DNA of 64,000 bases, taken from positions 32,001-96,000 of IMG/VR virus record IMGVR_UViG_3300032893_000006, one strand, 5' to 3'. A program made the position numbers and the translations under genes. How positions within the stretch are numbered: the stretch's first letter is position 1; every line of letters begins with the position of its first letter. Positions 1-9,724 of this stretch are shown one piece after another. This DNA comes from a virus. Below the pieces are notes generated by a model, which was given only the letters and a program-made list of their open reading frames with translations, made no database searches and was not told where the DNA came from.

Positions 1-246
1 CTCGCTATCGCCGTCCATCCAACTACAAGCATCCCGTGCGCTCGTTCCGGTATGCTCACTCCATTCGCCAGACTCTTCATTGTCGAAGGTCTCGTCCTCA
101 TCGACTTCACCGCGCAAGACAGCGATCTGTGCATCGATAGCCGCGTGGTTATCATCACCGAAAAACGTCCTAGCTGGAATCCGTGGCTTGAGTGCTTCAA
201 GCGCTTCGATCTCAGCATCGATCTCTTCGCGTGTAGGTCTACTCAT
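1..246 (-). CDS. Hypothetical acidic protein, runs off the window start (MSRPTREEIDAEIEALEALKPRIP...)
   Basis: ATG at 246 with GGGAG RBS; frame open to position 1; hand-translated. Confidence 0.7.
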   Translation of the reverse strand, partial: MSRPTREEIDAEIEALEALKPRIPARTFFGDDNHAAIDAQIAVLRGEVDEDETFDNEESGEWSEHTGTSARDACSWMDGDSE

Positions 247-266
247 GCGTCTCCCTTCAGTGTGTG

Positions 267-1190
267 TTACAGGTTTTCCAGAACGTCAGTCACGCGCTCC
301 CAGTTAGTGCTGCAACGCCTGAGTAGCTCACGGTGGTTCTCTTCTTCCTCTTCGACGCGCTTGTATGCATCGTCGTCGCGAATCTCAACCACTTTGCGAC
401 GTATCAAGTCTGCAATGACCGTTGGGTCCAAAGCGTCAAGCTCCCAACTGTCATCACCATGCACGTCGGCATAGCTGCGGAACCGGCTATCGGTGCTCTT
501 GGCCGGGTTCGGTGGCGGTTTGTACTGCCGAATCTGATTCATGTTGAGAGCAATCCGGGAGAATTCAAACTGCGAGGAATCCCCCAGATGGTGAGCCATG
601 AACATGCGGATGCGATCTTCAATATCGCGGCTCATGTCCTGTCCGGAAGGGTCGTGGTCGCCGAGATGAATCACATGGGTGGCTTGACCTTTCCTTGCGT
701 TCCTGATGAAGCGCTGCGCGGCTCCCCACATCTCAGACTGAGACGTGTATCCACGGCAGGAGAAGTACGAAACATCCTCGGTCCGGCAGACACCTTCGAT
801 CACGCCGACCAGTGCGTCTTTTTCGATCCACACCTCAGGACGTACCGGGCAGTTCTCCCACTTGTCTTTGCGATATTGTTCGGCGATGGCGGCGATGATC
901 TCTTCCGGGCTGTCCCAGTGAGACACACTGCGAACGTTCCGCGTGCGATCCTCAAGAGCATTCCAGTCGATCATGCCTGCCAGACGCGCGTCGTTGACGA
1001 TGCTGCCGACACGCTTGTACTCCTGCTGCTTGTTCGGGATGATGTCCCTACTCACTAGCTGGTAGTACAACTGTCGAAGCGTCAGAACGAATCCTTGCGC
1101 CTGATATTGGGCAATGATGGCGTTACAGGTAGCGATGAGTGAGCGGCTTGACTCTGAGAACCGCTTCTCTTGATATTCAATCTTTGGCAT
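267..1190 (-). CDS. Spo11/Topo VI subunit A-like (winged helix + Toprim) nuclease/topoisomerase
   Basis: TLRQLYY (RxxYY, candidate catalytic Tyr), EVWIEKDAL (Toprim Glu), GDHDPSG (DxD). Confidence 0.7.
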   Translation of the reverse strand: MPKIEYQEKRFSESSRSLIATCNAIIAQYQAQGFVLTLRQLYYQLVSRDIIPNKQQEYKRVGSIVNDARLAGMIDWNALEDRTRNVRSVSHWDSPEEIIAAIAEQYRKDKWENCPVRPEVWIEKDALVGVIEGVCRTEDVSYFSCRGYTSQSEMWGAAQRFIRNARKGQATHVIHLGDHDPSGQDMSRDIEDRIRMFMAHHLGDSSQFEFSRIALNMNQIRQYKPPPNPAKSTDSRFRSYADVHGDDSWELDALDPTVIADLIRRKVVEIRDDDAYKRVEEEEENHRELLRRCSTNWERVTDVLENL

Positions 1191-1196
1191 CTATCC

Positions 1197-1977
1197 TCAC
1201 TTTCCAGCGCCAAGCATGAAGCTCGCTCGGCTCTCAATTGCTTTGAGTACGTTTGCAGGATCACCGAAGAACGATTCGATTTTGTCGGATAATTTACAGA
1301 TCGACAGCATCGCTTCGTAGAAAAACTTTGCTGCTTCCTCGGTGTAGGGAATTTCCTGCAAGTGATCGAGTTCTCTTTCCGCAAACCCACCGATGAAGGA
1401 GTTCAGTTTATCCAGATAGTTGTCAGGTTCAGAATGACAGTTATCGCCTGCGCGCTCCCACACGATCTGATCTCCCGACTTGCGATGAGCCGTGACCTTG
1501 ACATAAGCCCGTGCCATCAAGCCCACCGAATATGTGTGATCGTCACTTGGCCAGCGGTAGTCGTGGATGCCGTGCCACGATCCTTTGTTTTCGGAGTAGT
1601 TCTTGTCGTAGCCGCCATTCGGGACAATCTTTCCATCTGCTGTCTTCCAGTAATGGATATTGGCACGTGTTGTGTAGAGAATGACTGTCTCGCGTGTGAC
1701 CTCGCAGTTCACATAATCCTGTGCGGCGATGCGAAGAAACTCGATGCCCTCCGCTTTGGTTTTTGTCATGACGTAGTAATTCACGCGCATCTTGCCGACA
1801 GAGATATCGCGTTTCTTGGCAGCGTTCGCTTTCGCTGTTAGCTCAAGCTCTTCCGGGATGGTGAAGGTGAACCACCCATCCTTATCGACACTGATCTCAG
1901 TCCGAAAAGAGAATTGGGTCGCCGCCAGAGTAGTTCTCCGGTCGAACTTCGATCTTTTCCGTTCCCAGTGATGGCAT
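1197..1977 (-). CDS. Hypothetical protein, apparently split by a 1-nt frameshift near 1903-1908 (track ORF is 1197..1790)
   Basis: ATG at 1977 overlaps the upstream stop (TGATG) and gives MPSLGTEKIEVRPENYSGGDPILF; a +1 shift continues RTEISVDKDGWFTFTIPEELE... in frame with 1197..1790. Confidence 0.5.
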
Positions 1978-2387
1978 CAGGCCCCCAGTCTCTTCCGAAG
2001 TTTAGACCACTCTGCCCCAGTCAAAAGGTCGAGCGGATGGTTGTCAGGAGTCATCTCAGAGAGAAGGAACTGGATCGCGCTGGCATCCTTATAGTCGGGA
2101 CGCTCATGGAAGGCGCGATACTTTTCCTCGCGCTCGATACGCTCGCGATTCTTTTCTTCGTGCTCTCGAATCATTTCTGGCGTGGCGACGACAAAATGCG
2201 AGCGGCTGTACCCCTTGGTGCGTCCAGTGACCTTGTCGATCTGCGTAGTACCGACCCAGACACTTTTCGGAGTAACCTTTGTGATGGTGTGGATGACTCC
2301 AGACCATCGCGTTTCACCGGAAGCAATCGAGCGAATAATTGGGGCGATCTTATCGCCTGCCTTTACATCCATCAATGTCTTTTCCAT
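1977..2387 (-). CDS. Hypothetical protein
   Basis: 136 aa ORF with GGAGGTG RBS. Confidence 0.75.
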   Translation of the reverse strand: MEKTLMDVKAGDKIAPIIRSIASGETRWSGVIHTITKVTPKSVWVGTTQIDKVTGRTKGYSRSHFVVATPEMIREHEEKNRERIEREEKYRAFHERPDYKDASAIQFLLSEMTPDNHPLDLLTGAEWSKLRKRLGA

Positions 2388-2407
2388 AACACCTCCGCGA
2401 TCTCCGA

Positions 2408-2632
2408 TTGAGTTGCCCTCGAAACCGTGTAGCTTTTTTCAGGGAATGGCAACGGATCGGAGTCAAGGATCGTCACCGATCAGACGCACAGCGATACGTT
2501 ACCCAGTGCCCAGTGTCGATGGCGGCAAGAAGTTCAAGCGCCTCGGAGGAATCGCCCGATTCCTTGCCACCATCTACGCCGCCGCGATTTTCATGGCGGC
2601 AACTCAAGTTCTCCAATTGATCCCCCGATCAA
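2408..2632 (-). ncRNA. Candidate structured leader or sRNA
   Basis: 10-bp closing stem TTGAGTTGCC/GGCAACTCAA (2408-2417, 2598-2607), 12-bp inner stem GATGGTGGCAAG/CTTGCCGCCATC and further hairpins, downstream of a promoter. Confidence 0.4.
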
Positions 2633-2651
2633 GATAGAAAAGTTACTTGTT

Positions 2652-2702
2652 AGTCTGCGCTCAGAGGGAACGTCATGTCAACAAGAATTTTACCGAAGTA
2701 AA
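2652..2702 (-). promoter_or_regulatory. Leftward sigma70-type promoter with upstream inverted repeat
   Basis: TTGACA (2681-2676), 18 nt, CAGACT; upstream TTTAC-N4-GTAAA; 23/27 identical to 10487-10513. Confidence 0.65.
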
Positions 2703-2705
2703 AGG

Positions 2706-2918
2706 CTATGACTTGTCACGAGTCTTCAAGAGAAACAGCGGCCATAGACAAGCCACCTGTATCTTGGCCAAGAGATAGTAGAATTCGAAGCCCTCGAAGC
2801 GCTCGCGACTTCTGCGGTCTGCTTCCCGAGAGCTTTCTGTAGGTGTGAGAATCATGCCAGCGAAGATCACGGCGACACTCAGGACGTATGCCGTCGCGAT
2901 CACGATAAGCGCCCTCAC
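2706..2918 (-). CDS. Small membrane protein
   Basis: GTG overlaps the upstream stop; two hydrophobic segments. Confidence 0.6.
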   Translation of the reverse strand: MRALIVIATAYVLSVAVIFAGMILTPTESSREADRRSRERFEGFEFYYLLAKIQVACLWPLFLLKTRDKS

Positions 2919-3121
2919 TGCGTGCTCCTGAAGCGAGCGTAAATCTTGTCGTTCGCTCTTGCGACAATCCCCGCTGGTCCGGGGACATTGAGCCTCACGC
3001 TCTCCGCCGCGCTCTTGCACTTCCTATGCCAGACGGTGGTGCCCCAATACTCACTGACCACCTTGCGATAGATGAAGTTGTAGCGCCGGACGTAGATATC
3101 GATTATCGGTCGTGGTTTCAT
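2915..3121 (-). CDS. Hypothetical protein
   Basis: 68 aa ORF with TCGGAGG RBS. Confidence 0.65.
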   Translation of the reverse strand: MKPRPIIDIYVRRYNFIYRKVVSEYWGTTVWHRKCKSAAESVRLNVPGPAGIVARANDKIYARFRSTQ

Positions 3122-3156
3122 GCGTCCTCCGAATGTTGGTCGCCTATCAAGGCGGG

Positions 3157-3600
3157 TTACTTCGTTAGCTTGGCCACATACCGCTTGCAGGATTCGAGTG
3201 ATGGAAACGTTTCGCTCGGTTGCTCGCCGGTTGGTATGTAGCGCCAGCCGTCCGGCGTCTCTTCGATCTGGCCTTTAATCTGGCCGTTGATAGAGAGCAC
3301 GCAGGAACCATCCTTGAGGTGTTTGAATTCGATGTGCACGCCGCTCGCTATCACCAGATCGAGGCGCGAGGATACCATCTCCGGCGCGCGTCGCACAGAG
3401 GCGTGTTTCTGCTCTTCCACAACTTCCCACTTGCCTACATTGTTGCCGTTGCGGTCGCGGATATTTCCACTCTCGCCGCCAGCGGCAGGCTCCTGCGGCC
3501 ACTCACGCTTACTCTTGGCGTACAGTTCCGTCCACACGTCGTCCAGACTCTGCATGGCCTCGTTGCCGAGTTCAATTTCCAGTCTGAATTTCATAGTCAT
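3157..3600 (-). CDS. Hypothetical protein
   Basis: 147 aa ORF with TCGGAGG RBS. Confidence 0.7.
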   Translation of the reverse strand: MTMKFRLEIELGNEAMQSLDDVWTELYAKSKREWPQEPAAGGESGNIRDRNGNNVGKWEVVEEQKHASVRRAPEMVSSRLDLVIASGVHIEFKHLKDGSCVLSINGQIKGQIEETPDGWRYIPTGEQPSETFPSLESCKRYVAKLTK

Positions 3601-3662
3601 TTCCTCCGATACTCACGCTGTGAGCCGTTGTGGTGCGTTGGTGTTTATCCAGACCTTGGACG

Positions 3663-3890
3663 CTAGCGCCGCACGGCGCGCACGTCGCAGAGGCTAGTGC
3701 GTCCCGGCGCGAAGCGTACGCGCAGAATAGGTTCGAGCCACGGCATCACATCTTCAACCGTGACGTTGCCTGCTGTCCAGAATCCTTCCGACTCTTGGCC
3801 GTGCGCAATACGCACTTGCGTCCTCCCCATGGACGGCGAGTAGTAACAGGTGACGCGCGGTGCCTCTGGTGTTGTGTTGGTCTCGCTCAT
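3663..3890 (-). CDS. Hypothetical protein
   Basis: ATG overlaps the stop of 3887..4516. Confidence 0.55.
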   Translation of the reverse strand: MSETNTTPEAPRVTCYYSPSMGRTQVRIAHGQESEGFWTAGNVTVEDVMPWLEPILRVRFAPGRTSLCDVRAVRR

Positions 3891-4516
3891 AGGCACTCCC
3901 CGTCCTCGTCGAATTCGTATTCGTTCGCTATGATGGTTTCGTCGACTGCCTCGTCACTGGTTTGGTAGTGATACTCCTCTTCAAGACTTCTGTATATCCA
4001 ATCTGCAAAGCTGCGCATGGAGTCTTGGAGTTCATTGGATACAACGAGACTTAATTCGTCTCCCTCATCGTCGGTGGCTGTGACGCTCATCATCCCCGAG
4101 TGACTATAGCGGTTGTCGTTCTGGCTGATTATGCCGTTCATCGACTTGCCTTCGAGAAGACGCAGGCGGCATTGCAGCGCCATGAGCGAGTCTGCGATCT
4201 CGTGCAACGTCGAGTCGGTAGGAAATTCTTTACGAATAGCTTCTGCGCATCCGGGCTCAAACTTATAGCTGCCGGTAAAGCACGCGCCGTCGCCCTGTGA
4301 CCAGAATCCAGACCACCAGATGTTTACCTCGTGGCGCGTTTTTCCGTTCATGAGCTTCACCTCATGCGTGTTGAACGTGATTCCAAGAATTTTCGCCGCC
4401 GTCTCGAATGATTCGTACTCTGGTTCAAACTCAAAGCCTTCGAGCCACCATTCGCGCGCACGTTGCTTTGCTTCATCCGACAACTGTTCGAACTGTAAAA
4501 CGGTCTCTGTCTCCAT
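3887..4516 (-). CDS. Conserved phage/plasmid early protein (FEQLSDEAKQRAREWW type)
   Basis: Recognisable N-terminal motif; CCCTCGGAGGGG RBS. Confidence 0.7.
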   Translation of the reverse strand: METETVLQFEQLSDEAKQRAREWWLEGFEFEPEYESFETAAKILGITFNTHEVKLMNGKTRHEVNIWWSGFWSQGDGACFTGSYKFEPGCAEAIRKEFPTDSTLHEIADSLMALQCRLRLLEGKSMNGIISQNDNRYSHSGMMSVTATDDEGDELSLVVSNELQDSMRSFADWIYRSLEEEYHYQTSDEAVDETIIANEYEFDEDGECL

Positions 4517-4562
4517 AGTGTGTCCCCTCCGAGGGATTGTCAGTTCATATCGTGTTGGTTGT

Positions 4563-4757
4563 TTATCGATTGATCTTCTTCTTCATCACCAATTCAACGC
4601 AAACAGCGATGGAGAGAAACAGCGCAAGCGGACCTAAGAGAGCAATCAGCGCGACATCGGGATCAATTCTCCCTTGATCGTCTCGAACTATATCCAGTGC
4701 AATACGTGCGCCGAAAACTCCGGCGATAAACCATAACGCTACGATGATTCCTATCAT
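4563..4757 (-). CDS. Small membrane protein
   Basis: Two hydrophobic helices, basic C-terminus. Confidence 0.6.
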   Translation of the reverse strand: MIGIIVALWFIAGVFGARIALDIVRDDQGRIDPDVALIALLGPLALFLSIAVCVELVMKKKINR

Positions 4758-4807
4758 GTTGTTGTCCTTTCTGCCGGGAAACCGACCCGGCGCGGGTTGC
4801 GAGTTTA

Positions 4808-5128
4808 TCAGTCTGGTGGAAGCCCCCTCCATGTGTTTCGAATGAAGTCGCCAAAAGCGCCACTAATCATCACGATGCATTTATGGGTATAGAAAATTGA
4901 TGGTTGTGTGCGGACAGCGTAGGAAAGAAAATTCGCCGCGTCGGTTGTCCGGCCAGAATCGAAAAGGCGATTCAAATAAACCACTAATGCCCTGATCTGC
5001 TTTTGTGTTTGAGCAGTTGTCGCCGCCAGCCGCGCCACACGCTCAATAGCGGTATCACTGTCAGGGAATGGCGCGGTTGCCGGGGCAGATAGAATTGCGG
5101 TTACTAGGTCCGCTACTGAAATACTCAT
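4808..5128 (-). CDS. Hypothetical protein
   Basis: 106 aa ORF co-oriented with the early operon. Confidence 0.55.
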   Translation of the reverse strand: MSISVADLVTAILSAPATAPFPDSDTAIERVARLAATTAQTQKQIRALVVYLNRLFDSGRTTDAANFLSYAVRTQPSIFYTHKCIVMISGAFGDFIRNTWRGLPPD

Positions 5129-5174
5129 TGCCGGTCCAGTCTGCCGCGATACGCTCGCGGCCAGCGGTTACTGG

Positions 5175-6428
5175 CTAACGGTCAACGTACACTGTATCCC
5201 CGAATGGTGCCGTTTTGTTTTCGGTCGTGCTCAACCACAACACGGGGTACGGTGGCGGAACCTCAGGAAAGGTTCCGTACAGGTCCGTGATGCAGATGGC
5301 GCACACTGCTGTGCCGTCCTTCTCGATTGCCTCAAGCGCTGGCCGAAAGTTCGTGCCGCCGCCGCCTTTGGGTTTCCACTCCAACGGCTCGCCCTTGCCA
5401 AAATGATCGACGCCACACACGGCGGCATCCGCATAGATCACAGTCACGCCAGCCGGTGAGCACTCGTCGATGACGGACTCAATAATTCCACGCGCGTATT
5501 GCAGTGACGTGGCGTCGACTGATCCTGACGTGTCTACCATGATTGCGACTTCGCCCATCTCGTGCGAGTGAAGCGCTGGCAGGTAGATGCCATGCGAGAT
5601 GTAGCGGGTATTAGGCCGCGTCCATGAGTAGTCGCTATTAGTGCGCTCAGAAAAGAAACGGAGCAGTAGAGACCGCAGGTCGACGCGCGGCCTCATTGCC
5701 ACTTCCATGAAACGATTCATGCCAACCGGGAGGTTCCCCATCATCTTGGCTTGCGTCGCCGCCATGGTCGTGCGCTCTTTCCAGTCCTGCTCACTTGGAG
5801 CAGGCGCGCCGCCCTCGTCTGGCTGTGTAGGCGCGTCGCGGACTTCACCGAGCGGGTCAGGCTGTCCATCACCGCTAGCGCCGTCCTGAGGGGTTCCCTG
5901 CGCGTTTGATTGGCCCTGTGACGCGCTGTTCGATTGTTGCTGGCCCTTTCCACCCTGTTTCTGCTGCTGGCCATTGCTGCCGCCAGTTCCGGCCTGCTGT
6001 TGGCCAGACTTGCCGCTTTGCTGGCCCGGATTTTCACCAAGTCGCGCGTAGTACCATTCTGCCGACTTGCCCTCCTCTCCAGACTTCGGATAGAAAACAC
6101 CTTCTGGCAACTTAAAACCAGCCTCGCGCAGTTCGTGATTGATTGCCATGTCGCAGGCCATGTTCCATGGCGTCATGCCGCGCCCGTCACGCCGCCATGG
6201 ATGCCCCGCCGCGCAGTGCATGACTTCATGCGCGACTAGCGCCGTGCATACGTCATGCGATAGCGTCTCGATGAAGGCGGGATTGAAAGCCAGTACGCGT
6301 CCATCTGTCCACGCCGTCTGGCACGTTGAATCTTCGCGCAGTTCGAGATGCAGCGCGAGCGATCCAAAGAACGGGGATTCGAGGACCAAACTTGTACGGG
6401 CTGCGACCAGTTTACTTTTTGCGCTCAT
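5175..6428 (-). CDS. VWA-like domain protein with N-terminal HExxH metallopeptidase (DUF2201-like)
   Basis: HEVMH motif, Q/G/S-rich linker, MIDAS VDTSGS, GGGTNF, ITDLYG. Confidence 0.85.
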   Translation of the reverse strand: MSAKSKLVAARTSLVLESPFFGSLALHLELREDSTCQTAWTDGRVLAFNPAFIETLSHDVCTALVAHEVMHCAAGHPWRRDGRGMTPWNMACDMAINHELREAGFKLPEGVFYPKSGEEGKSAEWYYARLGENPGQQSGKSGQQQAGTGGSNGQQQKQGGKGQQQSNSASQGQSNAQGTPQDGASGDGQPDPLGEVRDAPTQPDEGGAPAPSEQDWKERTTMAATQAKMMGNLPVGMNRFMEVAMRPRVDLRSLLLRFFSERTNSDYSWTRPNTRYISHGIYLPALHSHEMGEVAIMVDTSGSVDATSLQYARGIIESVIDECSPAGVTVIYADAAVCGVDHFGKGEPLEWKPKGGGGTNFRPALEAIEKDGTAVCAICITDLYGTFPEVPPPYPVLWLSTTENKTAPFGDTVYVDR

Positions 6429-7053
6429 ATCTTTTTCTCCTCATCGTCAGCGATTTTTCTGTGCTGTGTTTGAGTAATCTCTCATGTAAAGTTCCCGGAG
6501 TGATGCCAAGTTTATTTGCCCATTCAGTCAGAGTCAGCGTCTCTCCGTTATGTGTGAGTCTGCGATTGTGCCGAGTATTATTCGCCTGCTCTTTAGCGCT
6601 CGCCCATCGGCAATTTCCCGGCTCGTAATTGCCATCGTTGTTGTTACGTTCGATGGACTGCCCACGTTCACGCTCGCCCATATCAGCAAAAAAGTTTTTG
6701 AAGTCTAACCAACGCTGGCAGATTGCAATGCTACGTGCGCCGTAGAGCGGATACTTCGGATCAAGCGGATTGGTGCATCGAGAAAGCATTCCTTTCCAAC
6801 TGGCATAGGCGCGCGTTTTGGACCGCCCATGCGTGGTTTTCAGTTCCTGCATTCTTGCCGACGTGCGATCTCGTTTGAGACATCCGCACGACTGTGTATT
6901 GCCGGTGATGAGACGGTAACCTAGAACAATTGCGACCGCTCCGCAATCGCACTGACATTCCCACTGTGTATTTCCAGCACGATTACTCGCTGCGCGCCTC
7001 ACTACTTGCAGGCGCGCAAACCGTTTACCAGTCAGATTGAGAGGGCTACTCAT
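6412..7053 (-). CDS. HNH-family homing endonuclease
   Basis: GKRFARL..WECQCDCG..SCGC, MLSRC, SIERNNNDGNYEPGNCRWA pattern. Confidence 0.85.
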   Translation of the reverse strand: MSSPLNLTGKRFARLQVVRRAASNRAGNTQWECQCDCGAVAIVLGYRLITGNTQSCGCLKRDRTSARMQELKTTHGRSKTRAYASWKGMLSRCTNPLDPKYPLYGARSIAICQRWLDFKNFFADMGERERGQSIERNNNDGNYEPGNCRWASAKEQANNTRHNRRLTHNGETLTLTEWANKLGITPGTLHERLLKHSTEKSLTMRRKRYERKK

Positions 7054-7952
7054 TGTGCAACGATTTTCCCGTAAGTTGCCGCCATTGCGTCCAGAATGCT
7101 CTGTGCGCGTTTGGCTGTATCGACGCGTACGTTCATGTCCTCGCGCAGTACCTGAGGCTCAGCAACGGCCAGCGCTTCGGTTTGCTGGCGCAACTGTTCG
7201 AGCGTCGGATCATCGGCAAGGTTGATGCGCTTCAAAACGTCGCACACGTCACGAGCGTTCTGAATGAGAGAATCACGGAAGATTCCGGGCTTGATCTCGC
7301 CATCCTCGCCCTTGGTCGTCGCCGTCAGACGTTCGTGGATGCGTTGCACAACTTCATGCAAGCGCTTCACGGCGTCGTTTTGCGCGTCCTCAAATTCCGC
7401 CCTTGCGCGCTGCTCTGTTTTCTCTGCGAGTATCTTGATCTCCTCTTCGGAGAGTTCAACGCGCCAATCTCCGGCAGACGGCACAGGTTTGAATTGAATA
7501 TCAAAGCTGTAGCGCGAGCGAAGGTCGGTCGGGTAGTCCGTATCTTCAAACAGGCCATTAAAGCGCCGCTGCGCTTCGACGCGAAGTGCCGGATAGTCAG
7601 CGATGAATTCGTCAAGCAGCGTATCGAACTTGTGCCGCCCTTGCCGCATGAGGTCCATGTACGTGTGGTAGTTTTTGACGGGCAGAATGCGCCATCCGTC
7701 GTCGGACCATGGCAGCGTCTGTGCATCGTTCAACTGGCGCAGCGCGCCGATGTGCTGTACCAGTGCCTTGTACGTTACAGCGTCGGCAGGCAGAAGGTGC
7801 TTGTTATAGCGGCCTGCGTCCAGACTTGCGCCGTGCGCGTCGGCGACTTCTTGCGAGACCTTGCGGTCATATTTGCGCGCCGTCCATGCGGTGATGCGCA
7901 ACCCTGCGAGCATTGCACGCGTGTGAAGGTCTTTCTGTTGTGTTTTTGCCAT
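7050..7952 (-). CDS. Conserved phage protein of the AAA/VWA neighbourhood
   Basis: 300 aa helical ORF (WTARKYDRKVS, GRYNKHLL) between the AAA and VWA genes. Confidence 0.7.
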   Translation of the reverse strand: MAKTQQKDLHTRAMLAGLRITAWTARKYDRKVSQEVADAHGASLDAGRYNKHLLPADAVTYKALVQHIGALRQLNDAQTLPWSDDGWRILPVKNYHTYMDLMRQGRHKFDTLLDEFIADYPALRVEAQRRFNGLFEDTDYPTDLRSRYSFDIQFKPVPSAGDWRVELSEEEIKILAEKTEQRARAEFEDAQNDAVKRLHEVVQRIHERLTATTKGEDGEIKPGIFRDSLIQNARDVCDVLKRINLADDPTLEQLRQQTEALAVAEPQVLREDMNVRVDTAKRAQSILDAMAATYGKIVAQ

Positions 7953-7954
7953 GG

Positions 7955-8985
7955 CTATCGATTACCCCCCGAGATAAGTTGCCCCAATGGGCCAGCGTTG
8001 AGATTGTTGAAGGTTTGTGTATACGCAAGTTTGGGCGTGTGACGGATTGCATCACGAAAAGCCAAGACAGCGAATTCGCCGCGATCCTTCGTGAGCCGTG
8101 CAATGTACTTTCCAACATGCGCAAAGTTCTGTTCGTTGGCGCGTGCCGCAAGTCCAGTCGTCACCGCGTACAGTTCGTCGACCTTGGTTGGGATCGGTGA
8201 ATTAACTGGATCGGTAAGAATCTGATCGATGGTGACAAGACTTCCAGCGAGCTTGCGAAATGCAAGGTACTCGGTCGCTGCTGCGACTCCGACTGCGCCA
8301 GCGAAGGCGGCGGCTTCAATGTCGCGCGGCAGGTTCAACTGCTCAAGCTGTGCGACGCGCGCCCATGTGCGCGGTACCGGCGAGTTTACAAGGTCTGCCG
8401 ATGCTTCGAACTTTGAGAGCAGGTCTGGCCGGTAGCGAAGGAAGGCAATCAGAGTAACCGGGATGCCGGAATCAATCGCCCATCCTGACCAGTCGTCGAT
8501 GATTGCTTCGAGTTCGACGATAGCCGCGAACCGCGACTTGACGGGCTCAAGGATGCCAGTCACGCCAGCGCGATCTGTACGGCGGTTTGTTGCCGCGACG
8601 AACGTCACGCAATCGGGCAGCTTGTGACCGTTCACGCGACGCGCCAGCAGCAACTGCATAAAGCTGGCCTGCACTGCCGGTGGAGCTTGGCCAAGTCATC
8701 GAGAAACCACACGGTTGGCTTGGTGGCGTCGATTGCGTCGGCGAGTTCGCCGTACGGAAGAAAGGTTGCGCGCTTCGCGCTTTTCTCCGGCCACGGCAAG
8801 CCCTTTGCGTCGGTCGGGTCGGCGACGGCAGGATGCGAGATGATGAGTTCAGCTTTTGCCGCTTGCGTGGCTTGCAGCACGATATCTGTTTTGCCGATAC
8901 CGGGTGCGCCAGTGATGAGTAAGGGCAGGCGCGCGGGAATCATTGCCGCGAGCAGTTGAGTAAGTTGCGATGGACTGATTGCCAT
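7955..8985 (-). pseudogene. MoxR-like AAA+ ATPase split by a 1-nt frameshift at about 8691
   Basis: Walker A GAPGIGKT in 8632..8985; Walker B FLDDL continues as GQAPPAVQASFMQL only if one G is added (TTGGCC to TTGGGCC); sensor AATN in 7955..8674. Confidence 0.8.
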
Positions 8986-9051
8986 GGTGTCCCCTCCGAG
9001 GGATGGTGTGTTGATGGTTGTGGTTGTGTCCAGATTCTGGACGGATGCATA

Positions 9052-9297
9052 TTACAGCGTGTCAATGTCGAAGTGAATGCGACCACGCAACACGCGTGCG
9101 CGTGTCTTGATGCGGTTGAGGTCGACAATCGCGCGGCTGTAGTTGCCGGTGATCTCGCGCCACTCGTCCTCGCTCATATCGTCTGTCTGGTTGCGGAAAT
9201 TTGCGCGTGCGGTTTCGAATGCGTGCTGCGCGTAGGATGCCTCGCCTTTCAGCGCGTGCAGTTCGCTAGCGCTTTGAATCAATCTGGTTATGCTCAT
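9052..9297 (-). CDS. Hypothetical coiled-coil protein
   Basis: 81 aa ORF with CCCTCGGAGGGG RBS. Confidence 0.65.
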   Translation of the reverse strand: MSITRLIQSASELHALKGEASYAQHAFETARANFRNQTDDMSEDEWREITGNYSRAIVDLNRIKTRARVLRGRIHFDIDTL

Positions 9298-9332
9298 AAC
9301 CCCTCCGAGGGTTGGGTTGTGGTGCGTTGCGG

Positions 9333-9515
9333 TTATGCCAGCAGGTCGATGCGCTTGGTGCTTGTCATCAACTGCGCAGGTCGTGAGACGTAGCGCGCGA
9401 CCTCAAACACTGTCGCTGTGCTGTCAACGTCGCGTTGTATGGCCAGTGCCTTGCGTGCAGCGTCCTCTTCTGACTCTGCGTCGACTTCGATGGTCCACGT
9501 GACTCTGTATTCCAT
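9333..9515 (-). CDS. Small conserved phage protein (YRVTWTIEVDAES..AARKA)
   Basis: Recognisable motif; GGGGAG RBS. Confidence 0.7.
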   Translation of the reverse strand: MEYRVTWTIEVDAESEEDAARKALAIQRDVDSTATVFEVARYVSRPAQLMTSTKRIDLLA

Positions 9516-9554
9516 GTGATCTCCCCAATGATCTCAATGACAGTGCGTTGTGGT

Positions 9555-9680
9555 TTACTGCTTATTCTTGCGCTCCATTGAATTGGGCAGAACAAACAGC
9601 TTGATGATGGCCAGACCTGCGAACGTCCCGGCCACGATGATTCCGATGTACGAGAAAGCGAAAAACACTTGGTTGTGCAT
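9555..9680 (-). CDS. Single-TM micropeptide (MHNQVFFAFSYIGIIVAG...)
   Basis: 41 aa, CTCGGAGGG RBS, one hydrophobic helix. Confidence 0.6.
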   Translation of the reverse strand: MHNQVFFAFSYIGIIVAGTFAGLAIIKLFVLPNSMERKNKQ

Positions 9681-9724
9681 GGTGATTCCCTCCGAGTAGT
9701 GGTGTGCGGTGCGTGGTGGGTGAC

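Noticed and set aside
267-1190. Wadjet defence system
   Set aside because: Only a Toprim protein is present; there are no JetABC/SMC genes in the window.
8680-8700. Programmed ribosomal frameshift in the AAA ATPase
   Set aside because: No slippery heptamer or obvious stimulatory structure; a single-base indel is simpler.
9379-9391. GTCGTGAGAC copy resembling the leader hairpins
   Set aside because: Opposite orientation and inside a coding region; probably chance.
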